64,000 bases of DNA from assembly GCA_030674475.1 (NCBI GenBank), contig JAUSCZ010000035.1:6432-70431 (forward strand). Reading direction: 5' to 3'. The notes below the pieces were generated by a model. It was not told the DNA's origin. It did no database searches and saw only the letters and a program-made list of their open reading frames with translations. How positions within the stretch are numbered: position 1 is the stretch's first letter; every line of letters begins with the position of its first letter. This document shows positions 48,308 through 56,994 of this stretch, one piece after another. Source of the stretch: Candidatus Omnitrophota bacterium. GTDB lineage: Bacteria > Omnitrophota > Gorgyraeia > Gygaellales > UBA12090. A program made the position numbers and the translations under genes.

Positions 48308-48511
48308 TTATTTTACGTGAGAAACTTTTCTAAGGCTGAGGCCATACTTTTTTGCTGCTTCTTCAGATTCACTATGAATGGCGGCAAGCTTTTCCTTGCT
48401 AGTCATATTTTTGTGTTCTTCGTAAATTTTTTCCTGAATCTCATGTATTTCTCTCATTGGTTTAGGTTCTTTAAACATTCTCCACCACCTCCTGAGGGGA
48501 ACAGATTTCAA
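48308..48511 (-). CDS. Small hypothetical protein, candidate partner of the upstream PIN protein; likely true start MFKEPKPM
   Basis: Follows and overlaps the 3' end of the PIN gene. Charged helical 55-67 aa product. Confidence 0.35.
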   Translation of the reverse strand: MKSVPLRRWWRMFKEPKPMREIHEIQEKIYEEHKNMTSKEKLAAIHSESEEAAKKYGLSLRKVSHVK

Positions 48512-48974
48512 TTGGCTTATATCCCATTAGGGCATTTATCCCTGAAACTTCCCGTTTTGTCTTAAGTTTTACGATATGGGTAAAATTCCAGCTCACTATC
48601 GCATCCAAATCATTTACGGAAGCGATAGCAATATGAAACGCGTCATCTTCATATTTGGCAGGAATTATGCCTTTTTCTATGTATTCTCTGGCTAAAGTCT
48701 CCGCGCTATCATCAAAAATAAGCTCTTCAGGATTTATCTTCTTTATACAATCCCTTAACTGTATTGCTTTAGGTTCAGGCGCCTTATTTATCTCTAACAT
48801 AACGATTTGAGAAATAAACACGTTATATTTACCACTCCTTATTTCTTCAAAAAGTCTAAGGGTAATTTCCCTTTCCAGCAAAACATCGTCGGCAATGGCA
48901 AAATTAAATACAGATGTATCAAAATAGAGTTTTGGTATTTTCATAAATGTGCCCTCGATAATAAAATACCACAA
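48471..48974 (-). CDS. PIN-domain nuclease; likely true start MKIPKLYFDTSVFN
   Basis: PIN-like acidic residues (YFDTSVF, QIVMLE, DDAFHIAIASVNDLDAIVSWNFTHI). Inserted between cbiL and cbiF. Confidence 0.6.
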   Translation of the reverse strand: MWYFIIEGTFMKIPKLYFDTSVFNFAIADDVLLEREITLRLFEEIRSGKYNVFISQIVMLEINKAPEPKAIQLRDCIKKINPEELIFDDSAETLAREYIEKGIIPAKYEDDAFHIAIASVNDLDAIVSWNFTHIVKLKTKREVSGINALMGYKPIEICSPQEVVENV

Positions 48975-49009
48975 GAAAGAGCTTGTAACAAGAAGAATCT
49001 GCGAAAGGC

Positions 49010-49771
49010 TTACTTTTTTACCAGGATCACCGAAAGATAGCCCAGCTCTTTGTCTTTTATAGAGGCGATATTGCGGATGATTTTTTCGTTGGGATGGCCT
49101 ACGCGGCTGATCAGGACGGCATTTTTGGTGAGGCCTTTTTGTTTAAGCAAGTGGATTACTTTTTGCAGTTTTGCCCCTACCTTCATCAGCACCACCGTAT
49201 CAAAATCATTAAGCGCCTCTTCTATTCCCGCCAGGTCTTCACCTACCGGCAGGACTGCCATTTTTTCTTTTCCCTCTAAAAGGGAAAACCCTGCCCGGGA
49301 GGCCGCGGCATTAAAGGCGCTTATTCCGGGGATAGTCTCAACATCTATCTTCGGAAAATTCTGTTTAAGCATTTTTAAAAGATAAATGTAAGTGCTGTAA
49401 ATAAAGGGGTCACCAAGGGTAACAAAGGCCGCTTGTTTACCTTTTTTTATTTCTCCCGCGATTCTCTGAGCGGCCTTTTTCCAGTATCTTTTCAAGACCG
49501 CCTTATCTTTAGTCATCGGAAAAGTAAGCTCAACATAGGTCTTTTTACCCTCAATGACCTGTTCAATTATCCTACGGGCAACCGATACGCCCTCGTCGCT
49601 TCCTTTGGGGGCAAAAATGATATCCGCCTCCTCCAGCGCCTCTTTAGCCTTCAAAGTTAACAATTTGGGGTCTCCCGGACCGATGCCAATTCCGTAAAGC
49701 TTCCCCTTTGAAACCTTCCGCGAACTTACGCGGTTCGTAAAGGTTAAATCTTTTTTACGATCATTACGCAT
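49010..49771 (-). CDS. cbiL: Cobalt-factor II C20-methyltransferase
   Basis: LYGIGIGPGDPKLLTLKAKEAL motif. Confidence 0.8.
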   Translation of the reverse strand: MRNDRKKDLTFTNRVSSRKVSKGKLYGIGIGPGDPKLLTLKAKEALEEADIIFAPKGSDEGVSVARRIIEQVIEGKKTYVELTFPMTKDKAVLKRYWKKAAQRIAGEIKKGKQAAFVTLGDPFIYSTYIYLLKMLKQNFPKIDVETIPGISAFNAAASRAGFSLLEGKEKMAVLPVGEDLAGIEEALNDFDTVVLMKVGAKLQKVIHLLKQKGLTKNAVLISRVGHPNEKIIRNIASIKDKELGYLSVILVKK

Positions 49772-50367
49772 AAACCAAATCCTCTCATCTTGCTTAAATT
49801 CACCAAGTCAGTATCAATTATCCTTTCATTGGGATAGGTAAGATTTTCTAAAACCACGGCCCTCCTATTTTCTACGCCTTCCTTAAGCAGATATTCGGCT
49901 ATTTTCTGCGGAGGAAAATCAGCGTCAGTGAATAAAAATACCTTAAAGTGGGCCTTAATTTCTTCACTCAAGTTATTCACCGGGCGTCCGTGGAGACTGA
50001 TAATTTTGGCATCCTGCCAGCTTTCCCCTATCTTGGAAAAAGCAATCTGTAAAGTGCTGATGCCGGGAATAACCTCGTATTCTTCTTTCTTAAATTCCTT
50101 AGACAACTTCTCTAATAAACTATATAATCCCGTGTCACCGGAGACCAGCACCGCCAGTTTTTTTTCATCCTTATGCGCCTGAACATAAGGAATAACCTCA
50201 TCAAAATGCTCATCCAAAACAAATTCTTCCTTCTTGCAATCTTTAAACATCGCCAAAATTCTTCTGGAGGAAATCAGGCAATCGCTGTTTTCTATTTGTT
50301 TTTTGGCAACAGGAAGCAAATAATCTTCTATCCCCGGCCCAACCCCGATAATATATATTTTACTCAT
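49744..50367 (-). CDS. cbiE: Cobalt-precorrin-7 C5-methyltransferase (CbiE-type)
   Basis: IYIIGVGPG...SGDTGLYS motifs. Confidence 0.7.
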   Translation of the reverse strand: MSKIYIIGVGPGIEDYLLPVAKKQIENSDCLISSRRILAMFKDCKKEEFVLDEHFDEVIPYVQAHKDEKKLAVLVSGDTGLYSLLEKLSKEFKKEEYEVIPGISTLQIAFSKIGESWQDAKIISLHGRPVNNLSEEIKAHFKVFLFTDADFPPQKIAEYLLKEGVENRRAVVLENLTYPNERIIDTDLVNLSKMRGFGLCVMIVKKI

Positions 50368-51439
50368 TTTCTCTAAAATTCAAACGATTTCCTAGAAGCT
50401 CACCTTGCAAGGAAAGAATATAACAATTTATCTTTAATACCGAATTAACCAGCTCATTCAGCTTTTCTACTACTGCCTTAGCCAGCATATCAAATACCGC
50501 GCTTAGATTATTTTTCTTCAGGATTTCCCCGGCGCTCTCAGCAGTTTCCTGCAGGGAAAGCTCCCGGATTATTTCTTCCGGGGCCTTGCTCATCCGGGCA
50601 TAACGCGCAATAGTATCTACGCGGCCGTCTCCATGCTGGCAATGGGTGTTAAGCTGTCCGTTAGCCACCTTAACTAATTTCCCGATGTGCCCGGCAAAAA
50701 TTACTTCGTTTATCCCTTTTCTGGCGCACTCCTCAAACATAAAACCGATGTGGTCGCCAATCTTGACTATTATATCATCTTTTATGCCTAAAACCTCTTT
50801 ACAGAATTTCTCTCCCACATACCCCGGCACTAATGCCGCCCTGACCTGGCCCGAGGCCTTAATCACATCCAATTGCAGGGATAAAGAGGCCTTATAGGCG
50901 GCTAATGACTTTGGCTCAACTATCCCGGTTGTTCCCAGTATGGAAATGCCGCCTTCTATACCCAGCCGGGGATTAAAGGTCTGCTTAGCCAACTCTTCAC
51001 CCCGGGGGACACTGATAGTTATTTCAAGGCCTCTTTTTTCCAGATAAGGCTCAAGTTCTTGCAAAATCATCTTACGCGGCACAGGGTTAATCGCCCACTC
51101 CCCAACCGCTACCGCTAAACCGGGCTTAGTTACCCGGCCAACGCCTTTTCCGCCTTTAAGAATAATCCCCGGCTGTTCAGAAAACCTGGCCTCGGCAAAA
51201 AACTTAGCCCCGTTAGTTATATCCGGGTCATCACCGGAGTCTTTGATTACGGAGCAGTGAGCAAAACCAGCGCCTATTTCCTGGTCGCTTAAATTAATAT
51301 TTAATTTAGCGCCTGAAGCAGTTGCTACATTCACGGTTTCCACAATCTTGCCTGAAGTAAGCATCATCACCGCCGCCTTTGCCGCGGCTTGAGCACAAGT
51401 TCCGGTAGTATAACCTTTCCTAAGTTCTTTTAACTCCAT
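50360..51439 (-). CDS. cbiD: Cobalt-precorrin-5B C1-methyltransferase
   Basis: LRKGYTTGTCAQAAAKAA N-terminus typical of CbiD. Confidence 0.85.
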   Translation of the reverse strand: MELKELRKGYTTGTCAQAAAKAAVMMLTSGKIVETVNVATASGAKLNINLSDQEIGAGFAHCSVIKDSGDDPDITNGAKFFAEARFSEQPGIILKGGKGVGRVTKPGLAVAVGEWAINPVPRKMILQELEPYLEKRGLEITISVPRGEELAKQTFNPRLGIEGGISILGTTGIVEPKSLAAYKASLSLQLDVIKASGQVRAALVPGYVGEKFCKEVLGIKDDIIVKIGDHIGFMFEECARKGINEVIFAGHIGKLVKVANGQLNTHCQHGDGRVDTIARYARMSKAPEEIIRELSLQETAESAGEILKKNNLSAVFDMLAKAVVEKLNELVNSVLKINCYILSLQGELLGNRLNFRENE

Positions 51440-52272
51440 AACTTCTTCAACTCCTGCCTGGCCTCGCCGACAGTCAAAGGCAAATGCTCAATATTATGGC
51501 CATCCTCATTTTTCAAAACCTCAAACAAATGGCCGATATGGGGCAGGCGTAATTTAGCGCTTTTAAGTTTATCCGAATCGGAAAATACCGCTTGAGGCGC
51601 GCCGTCCTGGGCTACTATTCCCTTATCCAAAATAATCACCCGGTCAATAAATACCGGGACCAAATCCACCGAATGGGTAGACATCACAAAGGTAATCCCT
51701 TTTTGTTTATTTAGATTCTTCAATAACCGCATTATGGAGCTTACCCCGGCCGGGTCCAAACAGGAAGTAGGCTCATCCAAAAGGATAATTTCCGGATCCA
51801 TTGCCAGAACCCCGGCTAAACAAACCCTTTTTTTCTGCCCAAAACTTAAAGCGTGTATCGGCCGCTGGGCGAAATCGGACATCTCTACCGCCTCCAGGGC
51901 CGAGCTCACCCTTTGCCTGACCTCTTCGCGGCCCAAACCCATATTCACAGGCCCAAAGGCGATATCTTGAGCTACGGTGGGAGAAAACAGCTGATCCTCG
52001 GGATTTTGAAACATAGTGCAGACTTTAGTAAACAAAGCATCCCGGTCAATAGACTTGATATTTTTCCCCTCAATTAAAATATCGCCTTGAGCCGGTTTCA
52101 ACAGCCCGTTAAGTAATCTTAAAAGCGTGCTTTTACCGGAACCATTGCCTCCAAGAACTCCGGCGAATTCGCCCTTAGGAATAGAAATATTAATTCCCTT
52201 TAAAGCGGCAGTGCCGTCAGGATAAGAAAAATAGACCTCTTTGGCTTCAATGGCTTTATGATTAACGTTCAC
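51430..52272 (-). CDS. cbiO: Cobalt ECF transporter ATP-binding protein
   Basis: Walker A GGNGSGKST and ABC signature. Lies in the cbiMNQO context. Confidence 0.8.
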   Translation of the reverse strand: MNVNHKAIEAKEVYFSYPDGTAALKGINISIPKGEFAGVLGGNGSGKSTLLRLLNGLLKPAQGDILIEGKNIKSIDRDALFTKVCTMFQNPEDQLFSPTVAQDIAFGPVNMGLGREEVRQRVSSALEAVEMSDFAQRPIHALSFGQKKRVCLAGVLAMDPEIILLDEPTSCLDPAGVSSIMRLLKNLNKQKGITFVMSTHSVDLVPVFIDRVIILDKGIVAQDGAPQAVFSDSDKLKSAKLRLPHIGHLFEVLKNEDGHNIEHLPLTVGEARQELKKLWS

Positions 52273-52559
52273 CCCGCCCTTCCTCCACTCGTTAGCCCAA
52301 GACGTAACTTAAGCTTTGATAGACCGCTTCCATAAGTCTTCAAACTTTTTTCCCGTTCATATGCCCAATCTTTGAATGGATACGCCTCATAATAAATTAA
52401 TTCTACCGGTAACATCTTTTTAGTAGAATAAACTTTCCCTTCGACATGTTCTTTTAATCTTCTTACTAAATCATTAGTGCAGCCAATATAGATTGCCGGC
52501 ATCTTATCACTCTTTAGTAGATACACATAATACCAACTGCTAGGAAGGGCGGGGTTCAT
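52269..52559 (-). CDS. Small GIY-YIG nuclease-superfamily protein (second copy of the family)
   Basis: WYYVYLLKSDKMPAIYIGCTNDLVRRLKEHVEGK..TKKMLPVELIYYEAY...REK. Embedded between cbiQ and cbiO with a 4-nt overlap. Confidence 0.7.
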   Translation of the reverse strand: MNPALPSSWYYVYLLKSDKMPAIYIGCTNDLVRRLKEHVEGKVYSTKKMLPVELIYYEAYPFKDWAYEREKSLKTYGSGLSKLKLRLGLTSGGRAG

Positions 52560-52563
52560 TTTT

Positions 52564-53328
52564 TTAACCAGCCCTCTCTAATGCTATCAAAATCAGCCCA
52601 AAAATAAAAGCGGCAAGGACATCCGCGGTTTTAAGCCTTTCCATAGGAGCTAAAGCTTGATTTATATTTTTATAACCCCGGAGCATCATTGCCTCATAAG
52701 TGGCGATGCTTTGGTCATAAGCCTTAATCACGATTGTTCCCGCCAAAACCCCCAATGAACGCAATGACCTGAAAGGAGCAGTATATCCTAAGCGAACCTT
52801 CTGGGCGTCAAAGACTGTTTTGGCGTCTTCTAACAATACGAATATATAGCGGTAAGTCAGGAAACAGACCTCAATCCAGGCCGGGGGGAGCTTAAACCAG
52901 AGTCCGGCCTCCAGCAATTTAGGTAAAGGCGTGGTCATGCTCAAGAATAACACCCAAGAAGTACTAGCCATAATCTTAAGTACTATCGCGTATCCGTATC
53001 TTAACCCTTCGGCGTAAGCCGTTAAGCTCAAGCCCGCGATATGCAGACGCCATATCGGAGTATTCCCGTGATAAAAAGTCTGGATGCACAGGATGCTTAA
53101 GGCTATTCCCAGCGGGGCGCAAATACGATGGATTATTATCTTTACCGGCACCTTTATACTCAAAAGGATCACCGGAACTGATAAAATAATACACCAAGAC
53201 GCGAACACCTTTTGCGAATAAAGCGTCAGGATAATGGCCATAATCACAAAAACGGCCTTGAGCCTGGCATCCAGACGAGTCAGAAAATTATCTCTCTGGG
53301 CAAAATAATCCGAGAAAATGTCGTTCAC
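52564..53328 (-). CDS. cbiQ: Cobalt ECF transporter T component
   Basis: Polytopic CbiQ-like protein. Position in the cbiMNQO operon. Confidence 0.75.
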   Translation of the reverse strand: MNDIFSDYFAQRDNFLTRLDARLKAVFVIMAIILTLYSQKVFASWCIILSVPVILLSIKVPVKIIIHRICAPLGIALSILCIQTFYHGNTPIWRLHIAGLSLTAYAEGLRYGYAIVLKIMASTSWVLFLSMTTPLPKLLEAGLWFKLPPAWIEVCFLTYRYIFVLLEDAKTVFDAQKVRLGYTAPFRSLRSLGVLAGTIVIKAYDQSIATYEAMMLRGYKNINQALAPMERLKTADVLAAFIFGLILIALERAG

Positions 53329-54386
53329 TGTGCGCCCTCTCTTTCACAAAACAATTTTCGCCAGCAGAAACCGGCCATAAATCCTCCGGCCGCGCCGGCC
53401 AGCAGAAAAACAAAAAGCAATAAATCCCCCTGGTCGGTATTGATAAAAGGCGTCCAAGCCGGCCGGCCGTGCTCCTGGGCAAACTTCTCCACCACATTTA
53501 CATCTACCCCCGGCCATTTGCTTTCCTCCTGGGCCAAAACAGAAGAAGTTAGAATCCAAGAGGCGAAGGTCAGAATTAAAATATAGCCGCTAAGATTTTG
53601 ATTTTGGGTTTTAGTTTGTAATTTTGACTTTTGACTTTCGACTTTTGACTTTCCTGTCACTCCCAAAGAGTGCAGGATGTCCGGCCGGCGCTTATAGACA
53701 AATACAACCATCCCTCCGGTGAGAAATCCCTCTAATATCCCCAAGGGAAGCTGGGTAGGGATAAAGGCAACCAGAATAGTGTAAAATAACGACAACATTG
53801 ATTTGCTGCCGTGTAAGGCTGAAGCTAACTCAAAAGAAGTGGTGGCATAGGTCGCCCAATCCGCGAGAAGCCCGGCAATAAAACCGCAAAGGAATAAAGG
53901 GGCCTTTAACTTTTGCAGAATCCTGAAAGAAAAATAAGCGGCAAATGAGCCCATTACTCCCATTGAGACAATATCCGCGCCCCAGGTAGTCAGGCCGCCG
54001 TGGGCCAGGAATAAGGCCTGAATGAGCAAGGCGATTGAGGTTACCAAAATACTCATTACCGGCCCCACCAGCACCGCCGATATTCCTGTTCCGGCGGGAT
54101 GACTGCAGGTTCCGGCAGTAGGCACCGGCACCGGCATACAAGAAATAATGAAGACTACCGCTCCCATCAACCCCAAGAGGACCTTAAAATGAGGATTGAT
54201 TTCCGTCTTCTTCTTTATATCCCTTATTCCCTTGATCACGAAAGGGATGGCTATCAGATACCAGAACCCGGCCCACTTCATCGGCAAAATCCCTTCGGAT
54301 ATATGCATTGCCCAGGCGTTCCCTGAAGCCAAAAGGCAAAAAATAGCGGATAATACTAAATAAAAGGCAGTTTTTTTAATATTCAT
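53325..54386 (-). CDS. cbiMN: CbiM-CbiN fusion protein (cobalt ECF transporter substrate-capture components) with a K/S/Q-rich linker
   Basis: N-terminal CbiM (signal peptide, MHISEGILP...). C-terminal about 95 aa CbiN-like (EESKWPGVDVNVVEKFAQEHGRPAWTPFINTDQGD..., two TM segments). The linker is encoded by the heptamer repeat at 53620-53650. Confidence 0.7.
   Translation of the reverse strand: MNIKKTAFYLVLSAIFCLLASGNAWAMHISEGILPMKWAGFWYLIAIPFVIKGIRDIKKKTEINPHFKVLLGLMGAVVFIISCMPVPVPTAGTCSHPAGTGISAVLVGPVMSILVTSIALLIQALFLAHGGLTTWGADIVSMGVMGSFAAYFSFRILQKLKAPLFLCGFIAGLLADWATYATTSFELASALHGSKSMLSLFYTILVAFIPTQLPLGILEGFLTGGMVVFVYKRRPDILHSLGVTGKSKVESQKSKLQTKTQNQNLSGYILILTFASWILTSSVLAQEESKWPGVDVNVVEKFAQEHGRPAWTPFINTDQGDLLLFVFLLAGAAGGFMAGFCWRKLFCEREGAQ
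53617..53651. repeat. Heptamer microsatellite (TTTYGAC)x4 at the cbiM/cbiN fusion junction
   Basis: aattttgacttttgactttcgacttttgactttcc read directly from the sequence. Confidence 0.7.
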
Positions 54387-54398
54387 TTTTGTTCCTCC

Positions 54399-55376
54399 TT
54401 AAAAGGTATACACACAGGTAAAGACTACGGAATCATTGGCATCGGTATTGGTGCCGGTCAGTGTCCTCTGGTAACCAAGAAGCATTTGTATTTTCTCGCT
54501 TGACCAGCCTATCCCCGGGGATAGGTTTAAATACATTACATCCGTGGCAGGAGTCTTTTCTCCGCTTTGCTCTTTATCAGCCTGTAAAAAACCATTAAGT
54601 TCAAAGCTGAGATTAAATCCTGCCGCCATAAAATACTCCATACCGAAGTCATAATTTAAATACCTGCCATAGCCGGTCTTTACCGTGTCTATCTTCCTTT
54701 CCTGAGGAACACTATATATAAAATCCGCGTGGGTTACAAAAGGTTTGAGTTTTTTGCTCAAGTTTATCCCTGCCCCTAAATCATACGAGCCGCCTCCGGA
54801 GCTCGCGCCCATCAAATCAGTGCCCAGTTTATCAGGGTCGGCCTTTTGATATTTTCCCGTAGGCACTTTTAACTGAAATATTCCCGTAAGGTGCGGCAGC
54901 CATCTTTCTTCTTCTAAGGCGCAATAACGCAAGAAAAGATAACTATCCCCCAAACCATTGGTATGCGCCTTTCTATCGCTTTGTGTGGCATAATTTTCCT
55001 GATATACGGCTTGGGCGTCTATTTCTAACCTTTCACTAAGGCCATACTGGGCGAATAACTGCTCTTGGAACTGGAACTTCCTATCGTCAGCCGGCAAAGA
55101 GCCATAATGGCTGTCGGAATTAAATGTGCCGCGGCTGCGGTTATAGAATAGAAACGTCTGGACTACTAATTTTCCTTGGTCACACAAAGGAGCGGTCCAG
55201 GTAGTAAGCGGACCGGCGGAAACGGGATTCCATTCATCAGCTTCTTTACCTTCCTTATGGCTGCGGTTATCGGAAGCCGCACCATCGCCCTCTGGCTTAT
55301 GAGCGAAAGATATATCCGACAGAGCGCACAAAACAAACTGTAGCAAAACATAAACTATTATTTTCCTTCTACACAT
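54399..55376 (-). CDS. Outer-membrane beta-barrel protein (signal peptide, C-terminal aromatic residue), first gene after the riboswitch
   Basis: Signal peptide, alternating amphipathic beta-strand pattern, terminal ...CVYTF. Resembles transporter barrels of the MetA-pathway/OmpP1 type; the family assignment is tentative. Confidence 0.45.
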   Translation of the reverse strand: MCRRKIIVYVLLQFVLCALSDISFAHKPEGDGAASDNRSHKEGKEADEWNPVSAGPLTTWTAPLCDQGKLVVQTFLFYNRSRGTFNSDSHYGSLPADDRKFQFQEQLFAQYGLSERLEIDAQAVYQENYATQSDRKAHTNGLGDSYLFLRYCALEEERWLPHLTGIFQLKVPTGKYQKADPDKLGTDLMGASSGGGSYDLGAGINLSKKLKPFVTHADFIYSVPQERKIDTVKTGYGRYLNYDFGMEYFMAAGFNLSFELNGFLQADKEQSGEKTPATDVMYLNLSPGIGWSSEKIQMLLGYQRTLTGTNTDANDSVVFTCVYTF

Positions 55377-55439
55377 AGCATTTCTCCTTTTCTCGGAAGT
55401 TTTGGGAATAAGAGGTTTCCTGACTTAAGACATCTAACC

Positions 55440-55570
55440 TACTTGCCATCCTTCCCATTCCGACGAATCGTCAGAACAGTGGACTTATTGGCTTTCGTTT
55501 CTCTTACAGTTACCGAATAGTAGAGGATTTCCACCTCTTTCCACAACCTTATTCCCGTTAAAATTATTTT
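55440..55570 (-). promoter_or_regulatory. Candidate cobalamin (AdoCbl) riboswitch aptamer
   Basis: The minus-strand transcript contains ACGGGAAUAAGG, GGUGGAAAUCC, a B12-box-like GUCCACUG and GGGAAGG, in the canonical order. It lies in the 266-nt gap between cbiC and the barrel/cbiMNQO genes. Confidence 0.6.
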
Positions 55571-55642
55571 AATTACCCGTTGTTTCCTTTTTCACCTCCT
55601 GTCTCTTTCGCTAAGATTACCAATTCCAAACCCGCATTGGAA

Positions 55643-56278
55643 TTATGGTTTGTTTGCCAGAATTAACAAGGCATTGACAATTGCCGCGGCTACTGTGCTG
55701 CCGCCTTTTCGGCTCTTGTTAGTTATATATGGTATTTTCAAGCCGCGCAGGACCCTCTTGGACTCTGCCGCGCCTACAAAACCTACAGGGATGCCCACTA
55801 CCAACGCGGGTTTGGAATTGGCGTTTTTAATCAAATCACAAAGCTCAAAAAGCGCGGTCGGGGCATTGCCGATAGCGACTATCCCGCCTTCGTTTTCCCT
55901 TTGAGACTTACGCATCGCCACAATGGCCCGGGTAAGATTTAATTCTCCGGACTTTTTTATAACATCTCTATCGTGTATCCGGCAGATAATCTTATTTTTA
56001 AAGCAAGCAGTGATACTTTTGTTAATCCCGGCCATAACCATAGTAGAATCAACCACGATATTTTTGCCCTGCCTTATCGCCTTAAGCCCAGCCTCAATGG
56101 CGCCGGCGGAAAAAACCAAATCCCCGGCATAGCCCAAATCCGTGGTGGTATGGATCACCCGGGTAATCACCGCCTTGCGCGGCCCGGATAAATCTATCCC
56201 TTTTTTCTTAAGCAGGCCGCCGATAATCTCAAAACTCTTCTCCTCAATTCTACGGCCCTCATTTATTGGCTTCGTCAT
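55643..56278 (-). CDS. cbiC: Cobalt-precorrin-8 methylmutase
   Basis: CbiC/CobH-like (GNAPTAL motif). The leader carries the GTAGCGGCGCGATTTATCGCGC palindrome at 56283-56305. Confidence 0.8.
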   Translation of the reverse strand: MTKPINEGRRIEEKSFEIIGGLLKKKGIDLSGPRKAVITRVIHTTTDLGYAGDLVFSAGAIEAGLKAIRQGKNIVVDSTMVMAGINKSITACFKNKIICRIHDRDVIKKSGELNLTRAIVAMRKSQRENEGGIVAIGNAPTALFELCDLIKNANSKPALVVGIPVGFVGAAESKRVLRGLKIPYITNKSRKGGSTVAAAIVNALLILANKP

Positions 56279-56310
56279 CGTTCTCCTTTTACGCGCGATA
56301 AATCGCGCCG

Positions 56311-56994
56311 CTACAGTGTCGTACCTATGTTTTCTCTTATCTTATCCGCGACAATATCAGCTATGCGGCTGTCTTCGCCTAAGTTTTTGGTATAGATAAA
56401 ACGGACCTCCGGATACTTCTTCTTCTCCTGCTCAATTATTTCCGGGATATCCCGACTGACGTGATTGCCCACAAAAAGAAAAAAAGGAATAATAATTATC
56501 CTGCGGCAACCGGCCTTAGCCAGCTTTTCTAAGCTCTGGCCTAAATCAGGTTTGGCCAACTGTAAATAAGCCGGATATATTTTGGATAATCCCAAAGTCC
56601 GTTTTAAACCATTTATAATCTCCGGGATCAAGGCATTGGCCTTCTTTAATCTGCTGCCATGGCCCAGGACCACAACCCCGGTTTGTTTATCCGAGAAGGT
56701 TTTACTTCTCGCTTTAGCCACGGGGATATCTTTTCTTAAATAGCTGCCATGTTCGCTGATCAAGCGATAAATACGGTCAACTGTTTTTCTTTGGTGTATC
56801 CAGCCGCAGTCTTTGCAGGACCAGATCTTTTTATTAAGCCTTGAAGAATAGACATAGCGGCCCAGGCCTTCTTCTTGGCAGGGGTAGAATGGGCAGTAGC
56901 AAAAGGTGCAGTCTTCCAAATCCTCGTGGCAGGGGAAATAACTACAGGCATTATTTACCCTGAGTAAAGTCGAAGGGTTTGTTCTTTTAATCAT
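56311..56994 (-). CDS. cbiX: Fusion of an N-terminal Cys-rich (zinc-finger-like) domain with a short CbiX-type sirohydrochlorin cobaltochelatase
   Basis: N-terminus has 9 Cys in about 60 aa (CSYFPCHEDLEDCTFCYCPFYPC...CKDCGW). The C-terminal about 120 aa has the CbiX signature VVLGHGSR...IIIPFFLFVGNHV. Confidence 0.65.
   Translation of the reverse strand: MIKRTNPSTLLRVNNACSYFPCHEDLEDCTFCYCPFYPCQEEGLGRYVYSSRLNKKIWSCKDCGWIHQRKTVDRIYRLISEHGSYLRKDIPVAKARSKTFSDKQTGVVVLGHGSRLKKANALIPEIINGLKRTLGLSKIYPAYLQLAKPDLGQSLEKLAKAGCRRIIIIPFFLFVGNHVSRDIPEIIEQEKKKYPEVRFIYTKNLGEDSRIADIVADKIRENIGTTL

Noticed and set aside
53288-53559. Two overlapping minus-strand ORFs (69 and 71 aa) within the cbiMN region
   Set aside because: They are alternative frames of the CbiN-encoding segment. 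The fused cbiMN frame is continuous and has recognisable CbiN motifs.
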